Shown here: positions 53,229 through 63,900 of the stretch, piece by piece
How the letters are laid out: each line of letters starts with the position of its first letter
How positions within the stretch are numbered: the stretch's first letter is position 1
DNA from: Candidatus Limnocylindrales bacterium
Lineage (GTDB): Bacteria; Chloroflexota; Limnocylindria; Limnocylindrales; CSP1-4
DNA: 64,000 nt
Direction: 5' to 3'
Assembly: GCA_036504355.1 (NCBI GenBank)
Contig: DASXVG010000087.1
Coordinates: forward strand, 25,257-89,256
Program-made: the position numbers and the translations under genes
The notes under the pieces: model-generated
What the model was told of the DNA's origin: nothing
What the model saw: only the letters and a program-made list of their open reading frames with translations
Databases searched by the model: none

Positions 53229-53993
53229 ATGACCGCCCTCATCCCGCCGCTCCGCATCCGCGTCCGCCTGTTCGCCATGCAGCGCGAGACCGCGGGGCTG
53301 CGCGAGCTCCGCCTCGAGGTGCCGCTCGGGTCCACGGTCGACGACGCGTGGAACGCGGTGGTGCGCGAGATCCCGGCACTCGCGCCGGGCCGTCCCTCGC
53401 TCCGGTTCGCCGTCAACGGCGAGTACGCGGACGAGGACCAGCCGCTGGCCGACGGCGACGAGATCGCGTGCATCCCGCCCGTCTCGGGCGGGGCGGACGC
53501 GAAGCGGATCCTGCGGATCGAGCCCGATCCGCTGCCGCCCGATCTCGCGACAACCCTGGCAGGCGAGCTCGCCACGGACGAGGACGGGGGCGTCGTGGCG
53601 TTCGTGGGCCGGACGCGCGTCACGCCCGGGACGCCCGCGCCGGGCCAGGAGGCGGAGGCCGCCCGCCACGCCGGCCGGGTCGTGGACGAGCTCGAGTACG
53701 AGGCGTTCGAGCCGATGGCGCTCACGGTCCTGGGGCAGATCGCGGACGAGATCGAGGCGCGCTTCGGTGTCGCTCGCGTGGCGATCGTCCACCGCTCCGG
53801 ACGGGTGCCGCTCGGCGACGCGTCGATCGTGGTGGTGGCGGTGGCGCCGCACCGGGATGCGGCGTTCGCCGCGGCGCGCTACGCGATCGACGAGACGAAG
53901 GCGCGGGCGCCGATCTGGAAGGCCGAGCGCTTCGAGGACGGCGTCGTGTGGATCGGCGACGTCGCGCGGACGGGGCCCGACTCCGCGGGCTGA
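53229..53993 (+). CDS. Molybdopterin synthase MoaD-MoaE fusion (MoaX-like)
   Basis: The N-terminal half is a ThiS/MoaD fold ending PPVSGG (IRVRLFAMQRETAG...VNGEYADEDQPLADGDEIACIPPVSGG). The C-terminal half is MoaE (VAIVHRSGRVPLGDASIVVVAVAPHRDAAFAAARYAIDETKARAPIWK). Confidence 0.7.
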   Translation: MTALIPPLRIRVRLFAMQRETAGLRELRLEVPLGSTVDDAWNAVVREIPALAPGRPSLRFAVNGEYADEDQPLADGDEIACIPPVSGGADAKRILRIEPDPLPPDLATTLAGELATDEDGGVVAFVGRTRVTPGTPAPGQEAEAARHAGRVVDELEYEAFEPMALTVLGQIADEIEARFGVARVAIVHRSGRVPLGDASIVVVAVAPHRDAAFAAARYAIDETKARAPIWKAERFEDGVVWIGDVARTGPDSAG

Positions 53994-54115
53994 CGCGGTT
54001 CGGGTGAGCGGCGGGGTCGCCTGGTCCCTTGGCGCCGCCCCGGATCGATCGGGTACCCGGCCGATCCCCCGTTCGTCGCCCTTCCGAGCCTGTCGCCGCC
54101 CGCCATACTGCGGGC

Positions 54116-55699
54116 ATGCAGCCGATCGGGGACCCGCAGCAGCTCGAGGCGCTCGTCGCGCGGGCGACGACGCTCGCCGCGGCCTGGGGCGGGGCGGCCG
54201 CCGCCTCCACGTCCGTGGGCCAGGAGCGGGCGATCCTGCGCCTGTTCGGCGTCGCGGGGCTCGACCGCGCGGGTCGCCCGCTTGCCGCGGAGGTCGTGGA
54301 CCGGTACATCGGCCCGGATCCGAACCGGCTTGCCGGCGGCATCGCGCTCCCGTTCGCGATGGCGATGGCCGAGTACGACCTGTCGCCCCACGAGCTCGCG
54401 CTCGAGGTCGCGGCCGGGAACGTTGACCTGGGCCTGGAGGCCGCGCTCCTCGCCGAGTCGGACCGCCGCGCCATCGCCGTCGCGGACGCCACGGCCCTCT
54501 CCCGCGCCGCCCTCGAGCGCATCGACGCGAACCGGACGGCACGCCGCGAGCTGCTCGCGGTCCTGGGCGACCCTGCCCGGCCGTGGCTCGGGGTCGCGCT
54601 CGTCGCGCCCGCGATCGTGGATGCCCTCGACGAGGCGCGGGCCGCGATCGACGCGGGCGCAGAGCTCGTCCGCATCGACGTGCCGGCGAGCCGGGAGCTC
54701 TCGGAGCGGATGGCCCGGATCGGGGCGCCGCTCCAGGCGTGGCATGCCTCGGCCTCGTCGCGCGGCGGGCTGGACGCGTTCGACCCGGCGGGTACGCCGA
54801 TCCCGACGGGCTCGCAACGGGCCCTCGCGGTCCTCCGCCGGTTCGTCGACGAGGCGGGCGCGCGTCGTCGCGGCTACGTGCGGATCGTGACCGACGCCCC
54901 GGCGCTCGCGGCGCCCGACCAGGCGGTCGTGGCTGCGTTCGAGCGCATCGACCTCGTGATCGCGGACCCGATGCGCGAGATCGTGTCCGGCCGCGTCGAT
55001 CCCGACCGCGCGATCACCGACCACGTGTTCGCGCACCGGCTGCTCGGGCGCGCCGGCACCAACGTGCTCGTCCCCGCGGGGCCGCTGCTCGTCACGCCCG
55101 ACCTCGCGACCGGGATCCCGTCCGACACCGCAACCCGCGCGGGGCGGGCGTTGGCGCTCCAGCTGCTCGCGGTGGCGCTCGCGCGCCGCGACGGCCTGCC
55201 GGTCGACGCCATCGCCGTCGGCGCCGTCCCGGACTGGCTGGTGGACGAGCCCGACTTCCCGGCACGGGCCGCGGCGGAGGTGGCCCTTCGGCGGGCGCTG
55301 CTCCCCGGGCACGCGCTCGTGTTCATCGAGCCCGCGCTCGACGACGACGGCTGCGCGCGCTGGCAGGCCGTCGCCAGCGCGCTGCTCCCGGACGCCGGCC
55401 GGGCCGAGGCGGTCGTACGCCGGTCGCACGAGAGTGTCCGCGCCACCCGGGGCATGCTCCAGGTCGCCGCGAGCCTCCGGGCGTCGCGCGTCCCGCCCGA
55501 GCTCACCGGAGTCGCCGCCGCGCACGCGGCGGCTGCCGTGACCGCCGCCCTGCGGACGCTCGAGGCGCTCGACGAACGCGGGTGGGGCGCGCTCGTGGAC
55601 CAGCCGCTGGGGATCCGGGCCAACCTGGGCGCGGACAGCGTCGCCCAGCGCACCGAGGGGTTCGACCCGCTCGCGATCGACGTCGCCGCCAGGGCCTGA
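54116..55699 (+). CDS. Lysine 5,6-aminomutase alpha-subunit-like TIM-barrel protein (KamD-like)
   Basis: Blocks ERAILRLFGVAGLD, HELALEVAAGNVDLG and RPWLGVALVAPAIVDALDEARAAIDAGAELVRIDVP align with the KamD alpha subunit as I recall it from memory. No search was run. The start is taken at MQPIGDP. Confidence 0.45.
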   Translation: MQPIGDPQQLEALVARATTLAAAWGGAAAASTSVGQERAILRLFGVAGLDRAGRPLAAEVVDRYIGPDPNRLAGGIALPFAMAMAEYDLSPHELALEVAAGNVDLGLEAALLAESDRRAIAVADATALSRAALERIDANRTARRELLAVLGDPARPWLGVALVAPAIVDALDEARAAIDAGAELVRIDVPASRELSERMARIGAPLQAWHASASSRGGLDAFDPAGTPIPTGSQRALAVLRRFVDEAGARRRGYVRIVTDAPALAAPDQAVVAAFERIDLVIADPMREIVSGRVDPDRAITDHVFAHRLLGRAGTNVLVPAGPLLVTPDLATGIPSDTATRAGRALALQLLAVALARRDGLPVDAIAVGAVPDWLVDEPDFPARAAAEVALRRALLPGHALVFIEPALDDDGCARWQAVASALLPDAGRAEAVVRRSHESVRATRGMLQVAASLRASRVPPELTGVAAAHAAAAVTAALRTLEALDERGWGALVDQPLGIRANLGADSVAQRTEGFDPLAIDVAARA

Positions 55700-55710
55700 C
55701 GTCCGGCGCC

Positions 55711-56148
55711 TCAGAGGCGCGTGAGCTCGTCCGTGTCCGGCTCGTTCACGGAGCGGTCGCAGGTCGGGCAGTGCCAGCGGGCCTCGAGCGGGGTCCCGCA
55801 CGCGGCATGGCGCAGCGGATCGCCGACGCCACCCCGGCTCGCGCCCCAGTCGGCGAGCAGGCGGAGCGCGCCGGCCAGCTCGCGGCCGTCGGCCGTGAGC
55901 GCGTATTCCATGCGGACGGGCTTCCGGGAGTAGGGCGTCGCGACGACGATCCCGGACCGTTCGAGGCGTCGCAGCCGGTCCGAGAGGATGTTCGGCGCGA
56001 TGCCGGGCACGGCCTCGCCCAGCTCGTTGAACCGTCGCTGGCCGCCGAGCAGCGACGCGACGAGGAGCAGGCTCCAGCGGTCGCCGACCCGGTCGAGGGC
56101 GGCCGCCAGGGCTGTGGGCGGCAGGACGGCGGGCTCGGGCTCGGTCAT
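55711..56148 (-). CDS. HxlR-family transcriptional regulator with a C-terminal Cys4 zinc-ribbon extension
   Basis: The HxlR winged helix-turn-helix reads DRWSLLLVASLLGGQRRFNELGEAVPGIAPNILSDRLRRLERSGIV. The C-terminus reads HAACGTPLEARWHCPTCD. The start is taken at MTEPEP. Confidence 0.65.
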   Translation of the reverse strand: MTEPEPAVLPPTALAAALDRVGDRWSLLLVASLLGGQRRFNELGEAVPGIAPNILSDRLRRLERSGIVVATPYSRKPVRMEYALTADGRELAGALRLLADWGASRGGVGDPLRHAACGTPLEARWHCPTCDRSVNEPDTDELTRL

Positions 56149-56267
56149 CGGGACCCATGGTAGGGGAGGGGTTGCATCGTGGGTGTCAGCGTAGTAGATT
56201 GCAGATCGCAAGTTACTAGTGACACCGGACGATCCGGTGCCCGAACCAGCGAGGAACCCCGCACCCC

Positions 56268-57200
56268 ATGTCCCTGCTCGCAGAGCTCCAGGAGGCCGTC
56301 GCCGCCGTCGCGACCGCCGCCGCCCCGTCCGTCGTCGGCATCGGCGCCCGTACCCGTGGCTCCGGCGTCGTCATCGCCGATGGCGCGGTCCTCACCAACG
56401 CCCACAACCTCCGCGGCGGCGAGGTCACGGTCCGCTTCGCCGACGGGCGGGCGACCCGCGGCACCGTCGCCGGCGTCGACTGGGACGGCGACCTTGCCGT
56501 CATCAGCGTCGACACGAGCGGCGCGACGCCGATCGCCTGGTCGACCGCCTCGGCCACCATCGGCTCCGCCGTGTTCGCCGCCGCCGCCACGCCGTCGGGC
56601 GCCGCGCGCGTCTCGTTCGGCTTCGTCTCGTCCGTCGAGCGGGCGTTCCGCGGCCCCGGCGGCCGCCGGATCTCGGGCTCGCTCGAGCACACGGCTCCGC
56701 TCGCGCCCGGCTCATCGGGCTCCGCCCTGCTCGATGCCGATGGCGCGCTCGTCGGCCTCAACACCAATCGCGTCGGCGAGGGCTTCTACCTCGCGCTGCC
56801 GGCCGATGGGACCCTCAAGGCACGCGTGGACGCCCTGTCCAGGGGCGAGACGCGCGAGCGACCGCGGCTCGGCATCGCGGTGGCCCCGGCCCATGTTGCA
56901 CGGCGGCTCCGCCGGTCGGTGGGGCTCCCGGATCGCGACGGCGTCCTGGTTCGCGGCGTCGAGGAGGGCTCGCCCGCCGAGGCCGCCGGGATCGCCGAGG
57001 GCGACCTGCTCGTGACGGCGGCCGGCAAGCCCGTGACCGACGTGGACGCGCTGCACGAGCTGCTGCGCGACGCCGGCTTCCCGCTCGAGCTCGTGCTCGT
57101 GCGTGGCGCCGAGGAGCGGTCCGTGACCGTCACGGCCCCTGCCGGGGTCACCGACGGCGGCACCGGCGAGAGCGCCTCCCCGGACCAGCCGGTCCACTGA
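56268..57200 (+). CDS. HtrA/DegP-like trypsin-family serine protease with a PDZ domain
   Basis: The sequence has GSGVVIADGAVLTNAHNL, GSSGSALLD and a C-terminal PDZ domain (GVLVRGVEEGSPAEAAGIAEGDLLV). Confidence 0.75.
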   Translation: MSLLAELQEAVAAVATAAAPSVVGIGARTRGSGVVIADGAVLTNAHNLRGGEVTVRFADGRATRGTVAGVDWDGDLAVISVDTSGATPIAWSTASATIGSAVFAAAATPSGAARVSFGFVSSVERAFRGPGGRRISGSLEHTAPLAPGSSGSALLDADGALVGLNTNRVGEGFYLALPADGTLKARVDALSRGETRERPRLGIAVAPAHVARRLRRSVGLPDRDGVLVRGVEEGSPAEAAGIAEGDLLVTAAGKPVTDVDALHELLRDAGFPLELVLVRGAEERSVTVTAPAGVTDGGTGESASPDQPVH

Positions 57201-57271
57201 CCTTCACGCGCCACGATGCCCCGGCCGGGTCCGCCCAGCCCGGGGCGTCTCCGTGTGCGGTGGCAGGGCGA

Positions 57272-58342
57272 TCAGCCCGCGGGGGCTCCCTGGATCTCCA
57301 TCGTGACCGTCATGTTCCAGCGCAGTCCCGCGGGCACGTCGCGTGTCGGCACGACGACGACGCGGAACGTGATGTCGCCCTGGACGGATGCCCCGTAGGC
57401 GCCCACGGACTCGACCGCGCCGGCGATCTCCTCGCCCGGGAGGCCGTCTACGGTGATCGTCGCGGCCGCACCAGCGCGGACGCGCGCGATCGACGTCTCG
57501 GACAGGTCGCTCGTCTCGAACCGCCATGCGGACAGGTCCGCGAGCCGTACGACGACGACCCCGGGCGCAACCCGATCCCCGACGACGGGCCCGATCGAGA
57601 CCACGGTTCCGGCGAATGGCGCCCGCACCTCGGTGTCGGCGAGCGCCGCGTTCGCAGCGTCGAGCGTCGCCGTCGCGCGCGCGACGTCCGCCTCGGCGGC
57701 CGTGACCGCCGCGCGCGCCCCGGTCACTTGCGCCCGCGCCTGCGATCGTGCTGCCCGCGCCCGGTCGAGGCCCGACCGCCCCTGGTCGACCTGGGCGTTC
57801 GCCTGTCGCTCCTGCGCGTTCGACGCGGCGCCCGGGAGCGCGTCCCTGGCGGCATCCGCGACGCGGACGCCCGCGGCCGCCTCTTCGGCCGCAGCCTGCG
57901 CGACGTCCACGCCCGCCTCGGCCTGCGCCAGCGACGCCTTTGCCTGGGCAACGCCTGCCGTCGACGCGTCCACCCCCGCCTGCGCCTGGGCCACCTGGGC
58001 AGCCGCCGCCCGCGAGTCGAGCGCGAGGAGGATCTCGCCCCTGGTGACCGTCGCGCCCGCGGCGACCGGGAGCCCGACGACCGTGCCCGGCGCCGCCACC
58101 TGGAGCTCGATCGTGGCGACCGGCACCGCCCGTCCCTCCGCCACGACCCCCTGGTCGGCCGGGATCACGCCCGGCACCGATGCGCCCGCAGACGCCGACG
58201 GCGACGCCGCGCCACCGCGGAACCACCCCAGCCCTGCCCCGATCGCGGCGACGACCAGGACGGCGAGCACGACGACGATGGCGGCGGTCAGGCCGCGGCG
58301 GCGGCGAGGCGGCGGAACGGGATCGGGAGCGGCGGTGGTCAT
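57272..58342 (-). CDS. HlyD-family membrane-fusion (periplasmic adaptor) protein
   Basis: An N-terminal TM helix is followed by a long Ala/Gln coiled coil and a beta-barrel (EVRAPFAGTVVSIGPVVGDRVAPG). Confidence 0.7.
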   Translation of the reverse strand: MTTAAPDPVPPPRRRRGLTAAIVVVLAVLVVAAIGAGLGWFRGGAASPSASAGASVPGVIPADQGVVAEGRAVPVATIELQVAAPGTVVGLPVAAGATVTRGEILLALDSRAAAAQVAQAQAGVDASTAGVAQAKASLAQAEAGVDVAQAAAEEAAAGVRVADAARDALPGAASNAQERQANAQVDQGRSGLDRARAARSQARAQVTGARAAVTAAEADVARATATLDAANAALADTEVRAPFAGTVVSIGPVVGDRVAPGVVVVRLADLSAWRFETSDLSETSIARVRAGAAATITVDGLPGEEIAGAVESVGAYGASVQGDITFRVVVVPTRDVPAGLRWNMTVTMEIQGAPAG

Positions 58343-58389
58343 CGACAGGGCCTCGTGACGGTCTCAGGAGATGATGCCGGGAACGGCGG

Positions 58390-60879
58390 TCATTCGTAGG
58401 CGAGGACCTCGCGCACGGCGAGGCGGGTGGCCCGGAACGCGGGCAGGAAGCTCGCGACGACGGCGAGGATCGCCACCGCGAGCAGCCAGAAGCCGATCCC
58501 GTCGAGCGCGGGCGTGAACGCGAGCGGGCGCTGGACGAACGACTCGCCCAGGGCGTCGGAGAGGACCTTGGAGATCGGCAGGCTGATGACCACGCCAATG
58601 AGCCAGGCGAGGAACCCGATGAGCAGGCCCTCGGTGAGGAACACGAGCAGGACGGCCCGGTCCCGCGCGCCGATGGCGCGCATCACGCCGATCTCCCTCG
58701 ACCGCTCGACGACGTTCATCGTCATCGTGCCGGCGAGCCCCAGCGCACCGACGACGCCCAGCAGCAGCGCCATGACGGACACGAACAGCAGCATGGCGTT
58801 GAACAGGCTGTCGATCGACGCTTTGATCTCGGACCGCGTCTGGGTCGCGGAGACCTGGAACCCGGCCCGCTCCAGCGTGTCCCGCAGGGCGGTCGCGGTC
58901 TGGCGCTCGAAGTCGGCATCCGACCGCTCCGTGATCGTCATCAGGATCCCGGCCTTGCCGGCGCTCCTGGTGAGCGAATCGAGCGCGCTCGACGGTGCGT
59001 ACAGGAACGGCCGCTGGGTGGGCGACTGGACGATCCCAACGAGCGTGAACGTCGCGTCGCGGCCCTTCGAGCGCAGCGTCACCCGGTCACCGAGGTGGAC
59101 GTCCGGCTCGTCGTCTTGGAAGTTGCGGGTGACGACGAGCGCGTTGCCGTCGCCCGGCACCAGGAACCGGCCCTCCTCGACCCGCGGCCGGACGGTCTTC
59201 GCGCCGTCCGGGAGCCCGAACACGATCAGGGTGGACCCGGTCGAGTCGTCGGGCCGGACCCGCTGCGCGTTCGCGAACGTCCAGGGCTCGGCGGCGACGA
59301 CCCCCGGGACCTGCTCTGCGGTGCGGACCAGGATCGACGTTCGGGCCGGCGTCACGAGGCCCACCTGGACGTCGTAGTTGAAGTAGTCCAGCGTCTCGTT
59401 GATCGTCCCGACGAGGCTCGCCCGGAGCGTGAACACGCTCATGAACACCGCGCCGCCGAGCGTCAGCGCCGCCAGCGTGAGGATGAGCCGTGCCTTGCGC
59501 CGGAACGTGTTGCGGATCGACAGCAGCGTCGGTCGGGACGGCCCGCGGATCGACTGGATGAAGCGGTCGAAGCGGCTGCGTCCGAAGGTGTCGGCGAGGC
59601 CGCCGTTGGCGATTGCCTCGCGGACGGTGACCCGGACGCCGCGCCAGACCGGCCACGCGGCCGCCGCCATTGGCACGACGAGCCCGATCGCGATCTCGAG
59701 CGCGAGGACGTTGAGCGGGAGGAAGAACTCGGTCGCCTCGAAGTTGACGAGGCCCGCCGTGAACCGGGTCAGCGCCCAGGCGCCGAGGGCGCCGGCTGGA
59801 AGGGCAACGAGGAGCGCGAGGAGCGCATACCCCAGCACGATGCCGAAGTAGACGCCCGCGACCTGGCCGTCCCGCGCCCCGACCGCCTTCATCATCCCGA
59901 TCTGGCGGGTCTGCTGGGACAGGATCGCGCTGATCGTGTTGATCACGAGGAACCCGGACACGGCGAGGCTGAGCCCGCCGATGGCGCCCAGGATGAGGAA
60001 CAGCGCGTTGAGCACGTCGTGTGCGGGGTGCTCGCCGGGCGTCGGGACCTGGACGAAGGCGACCGGCGCACCTGCCCGCTCCAGCCGGTCCTTGACCTCG
60101 GTCGCCACGGCCCGGTTGTCGGATCGGGTCGGGTCCACGAAGTCGGTCCGGATCCGCAGCTCGTCGAACGAGTCGCCGAAGCCGAGGTCGGACAGCGTGT
60201 CGAAGGTCACGTAGGCGAGGACCTGGCCGAAGAAGAATGCGGGCGCCGCCCCCGGCTCGTGCGCGATGCCGCCGGTCACGAGCGTCTTGGTCGTGTCGGG
60301 CCCGAGCTGGATCGTGACGACCCTGCCGATCTCGATATCGGTGAGCGTCCGGCTCGACCGCTCGAACCAGATCTCCCCGCGCTTGGGTGGCCACGCGCCC
60401 TGCTCGGGCGACACGAGGTCCATCGGCTGGGCCGTGAAGTCGGGGATCGCCGTGAGCTGGATCTCGAGCGACTGGTCGGGACCGGTCACGATCCTCGCCG
60501 AGGCGCTCCGGCGACCCTCCGCCTGCGCGACGTGGGGCATCCGGCGCACGGTCTCCACGAGGGCCGTGTCGAAGGGGACGGTCGTGAACAGGCTGGCCGA
60601 GCTCGGCCGGGTCGCCGCGTACCCCTCGCGCAGGTTGCGCTCGAGCAGGGCGTTCGCGCCCGCGATCGTCCCGACCGCGGCCACGCCGACCGCGATCGAC
60701 AGCACGACGAGGAGGCTGCGGACCCGGTGCTCCAGCAGGTCGCGCCAGACCTTCCGCCACCGGACCGAGCCGAGGGCGAGCAACAGGGTCGTGAGCCTCC
60801 GGGATCGGGAGGCGCGGGGATCGCCGGCCTCGACGGCGAGTGTAGCCGCGCACCGACATGTGGGCTGTCGGCGGGCCAT
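58390..60879 (-). CDS. ABC-transporter permease of the FtsX/MacB type (two FtsX domains, no ATPase domain)
   Basis: The 829-aa protein has two 4-TM FtsX modules separated by large extracytoplasmic domains. Its true start probably lies downstream of the track start, near RRLTTLLLALGSVRWRKVWRDL. Confidence 0.65.
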   Translation of the reverse strand: MARRQPTCRCAATLAVEAGDPRASRSRRLTTLLLALGSVRWRKVWRDLLEHRVRSLLVVLSIAVGVAAVGTIAGANALLERNLREGYAATRPSSASLFTTVPFDTALVETVRRMPHVAQAEGRRSASARIVTGPDQSLEIQLTAIPDFTAQPMDLVSPEQGAWPPKRGEIWFERSSRTLTDIEIGRVVTIQLGPDTTKTLVTGGIAHEPGAAPAFFFGQVLAYVTFDTLSDLGFGDSFDELRIRTDFVDPTRSDNRAVATEVKDRLERAGAPVAFVQVPTPGEHPAHDVLNALFLILGAIGGLSLAVSGFLVINTISAILSQQTRQIGMMKAVGARDGQVAGVYFGIVLGYALLALLVALPAGALGAWALTRFTAGLVNFEATEFFLPLNVLALEIAIGLVVPMAAAAWPVWRGVRVTVREAIANGGLADTFGRSRFDRFIQSIRGPSRPTLLSIRNTFRRKARLILTLAALTLGGAVFMSVFTLRASLVGTINETLDYFNYDVQVGLVTPARTSILVRTAEQVPGVVAAEPWTFANAQRVRPDDSTGSTLIVFGLPDGAKTVRPRVEEGRFLVPGDGNALVVTRNFQDDEPDVHLGDRVTLRSKGRDATFTLVGIVQSPTQRPFLYAPSSALDSLTRSAGKAGILMTITERSDADFERQTATALRDTLERAGFQVSATQTRSEIKASIDSLFNAMLLFVSVMALLLGVVGALGLAGTMTMNVVERSREIGVMRAIGARDRAVLLVFLTEGLLIGFLAWLIGVVISLPISKVLSDALGESFVQRPLAFTPALDGIGFWLLAVAILAVVASFLPAFRATRLAVREVLAYE

Positions 60880-60965
60880 TCCCGCCCCGGATGGCCCGCT
60901 GGCTCACGCGATGCTCCGGCGCGCCGCCTCCGTCGTTGCAGACTCGCTACGCTGTCGGGAACGTG

Positions 60966-63900
60966 ATGCCTGAACGCGCCACCTGTCTCGCCTGTGGGGC
61001 CGACAATCGCTCCGATCGACGATTCTGTCGGTCGTGCGGGGTCGCGATGGGCATCCCATGCCCGTCCTGCGGCGCGGTCAACGAGCCCGACGACCAGTTC
61101 TGCGGCGGCTGCGGCGAACCACTCGGGGGAGACCGACGTGCCACCGTGCGGGCGCAGCTCCCTGCGCCGGCTTCGAGCGGCGCGACCACCGGGTCCGTCG
61201 GCCCATCCGCGGGAGGCGTGGAGCGTCGGCTCGTGTCGGTCCTGTTCGCGGACCTGGTCGGATCGACATCCATGGCCGAAGGCGCGGACATGGAGGTCGT
61301 GCGCGAGATGCTCGGCGGCTACTACGACCTCTGCCGCGAGGTCGTCGGCCGCTACGGCGGGGTGGTGGAGAAGTTCATCGGGGACGCCGTCATGGCGGTC
61401 TGGGGCGCGCCCGTGGCCCACGAGGACGATGCCGAGCGCGCCGTCCGCGCCGCCCTCGATCTCGTCGAGGGCGCGCGCTTCCTGCGAACTCCCGCGGGCG
61501 ACGCGCTGGTCGTCCGAGCCGGCGTGCTCACCGGGGAGGCGGCCGCGACCCTCGGCGCGGAGGGGCAGGCGCTCGTCGCCGGGGACCTGGTCAACACGGC
61601 TGCGCGGATGCAGTCGGCAGCGGCGCCGGGCTCCGTCCTCGTGGGCGAGGCAACGATGCGCGCCAGCGACGCCGCCATCGACTACGAGCCGGCCGGTGAC
61701 CAGGCGTTCAAGGGCAAGTCCGCCCCCGTCCCGGCCTGGCGGGCGGTTCGCGTTGCGGCGGGCCACGGAGGGTTCGGCCGGGTGACCCGCCTCGAGCCCC
61801 CGTTCGTGGGTCGGGACGACGAGCTGCACATGGTCAAGGAGGTCTTCCTCAGGTCCGTGCGGGAGCGCCGGCCTCGCCTGGTCTCGGTCACCGGGACGGC
61901 GGGCATCGGCAAGAGCCGCCTCGCCTGGGAGCTCGAGAAGTACATCGACGGCATGGTGGAGACCGTCTACTGGCACCAGGGCCGGTCGCCGGCCTACGGC
62001 GACGGCCTCGCCTTCTGGGCGCTGGGCGAGATGGTCCGCCAGCGCGCACGCATCGCGGAGACCGACGACCCGACGGCGGCTCGCGAGAAGCTGGCGGCGA
62101 TGGCCGAGCTGTACCTGCTCGACGTCGACGAGCGGGCGCGCGTGGAGCCTCGGCTGGCGGCGCTCCTGGGCCTCGATCCCGCCCCACCCGGCGGGGCCGA
62201 GGAGCTCGCGGCGGCCTGGCGGACCCTGTTCGAGCGGATCGCGGACCACGGACCGACCGTGCTGGTGTTCGAGGATCTCCACTGGGCGGAGAGCGGCCTG
62301 CTCGACTTCATCGAGGGGCTGCTGGCGGCGGGCCGCTCGCGCCCGATCCTCGTGCTCGCGCTGGCCCGCCCAGAGCTCATGGAGGCACGACCGACGTGGG
62401 GGGCAACCGTCCGCAACCACCTGCGCCTCGACCTCGCACCCCTCGACGATGCGGCGATGGAGATGCTGCTCCTGGGCATGGCACCGGGCATCCCGCCCGA
62501 GGCGATCACGCGCATTCGTGACCGCGCCGAGGGCATCCCCCTGTACGCCGTCGAGACCGTGCGGATGCTGCTCGATGGCGGCATGCTGACCGAGGTCGAG
62601 GGCCGGTTCCGGCTCGTCGGCGACCTGGGTGACCTGGCCGTTCCCGACACCCTCACGGCCTTGCTCGGCGCGCGTCTCGACGCCCTGGACCCGGACACGC
62701 GGGATGTCGTCGGCACGTGTGCCGTCATGGGGATCAGCTTCACGGCGGCCGCGGTCGCCGCCGTCGCCGGTCGGACGGAGGACACGGTCAGGGCCTTCCT
62801 CGACGACCTCGTACGCCGAGAGCTCTTCACCTACGACGACGATCCGAGGTCCCCTGAGCGCGGCCAGCACCGGTTCCTGCAGGGCGTCCTGCGGGAGGTG
62901 GCGTACAGCCGGCTGTCGCGCAAGGAGCGGCAGGCCCGTCATCTCGCCGCCGCGGGGATCCTTGGCGCCGATGGTGGCGACGAGCTGGCCGGCGTCGTGG
63001 CGACCCACTATCTCGAGGCCGTGCGGTTCGCCACCGACGAGGATCGCGACGGGCTGCGGGCGCAGGCATCGGCCGCCCTCGAGGGTGCGGCCGTGCGCTC
63101 GCGCGACATCGGGGCCCATGCGAGCGCGGCGACCTACCTTCGCCAGGCGGCCGAGCTCGCGGCCGCCGAGGGCGAACGACTCCGGCTGCGGGACCTGCGC
63201 ATGACCGAGCTGCTGCTGACCATCGACACGGCAGCCCTCATCGCAGAGGCCACCGAGCTGCTCGCCATCGGACGCCGTGACGGTGATCGTGGCCTCCAGG
63301 CGCGCGCCGCATCCCACTTGTCCTACGCGCTCATCAACGAGGGTCGTTCGCTCGAGGCGCTCACGCTCCTCACCGAGGTCAGGAGCGCGCTCGGCGCATT
63401 CGTCACGGAGGATCCGGACGGCGTCCGGCTCCTCGCGGAGCTGGGACGCTGCCACCTGTTTGTGACCCAGGCGGCCGAGGCCGCCGTCATCCTCGACGAA
63501 GCGCTTGGCGTTGCCGAGCGGATGAACCTGCGCGAGGTGATCGCGGAGCTGCTGGCCAGCAAGGGCTGGGCCCTGGGAGCTGCCGGCCGCCTCCTCGAGG
63601 CGGCTGCGCTGCTGCGTGGCGCCGTCGCGTTCGCCCAGCGGGACGGGCTCTTGCGTGCCGAGTTCCGCGCCCGCATGAACTTCTCGGTATTCGTGGCGTT
63701 CGAGGACCTGACCGAGGCCTTCGAGTGTGGTCGTACCGGGCTGGACCGGGCGCGCCGGCATGGGTACGACGTGTGGGCGTACCCACTGCTGGGCAACGCC
63801 GCCGACGGTGCCCTCGAGAGCGGCGACTGGGCCTGGCTCCACCGCGCCATGGAGGAGGCCCGGATCGAGGAACAGGCGGGCCCCTGGCGGGCCCAGGCGC

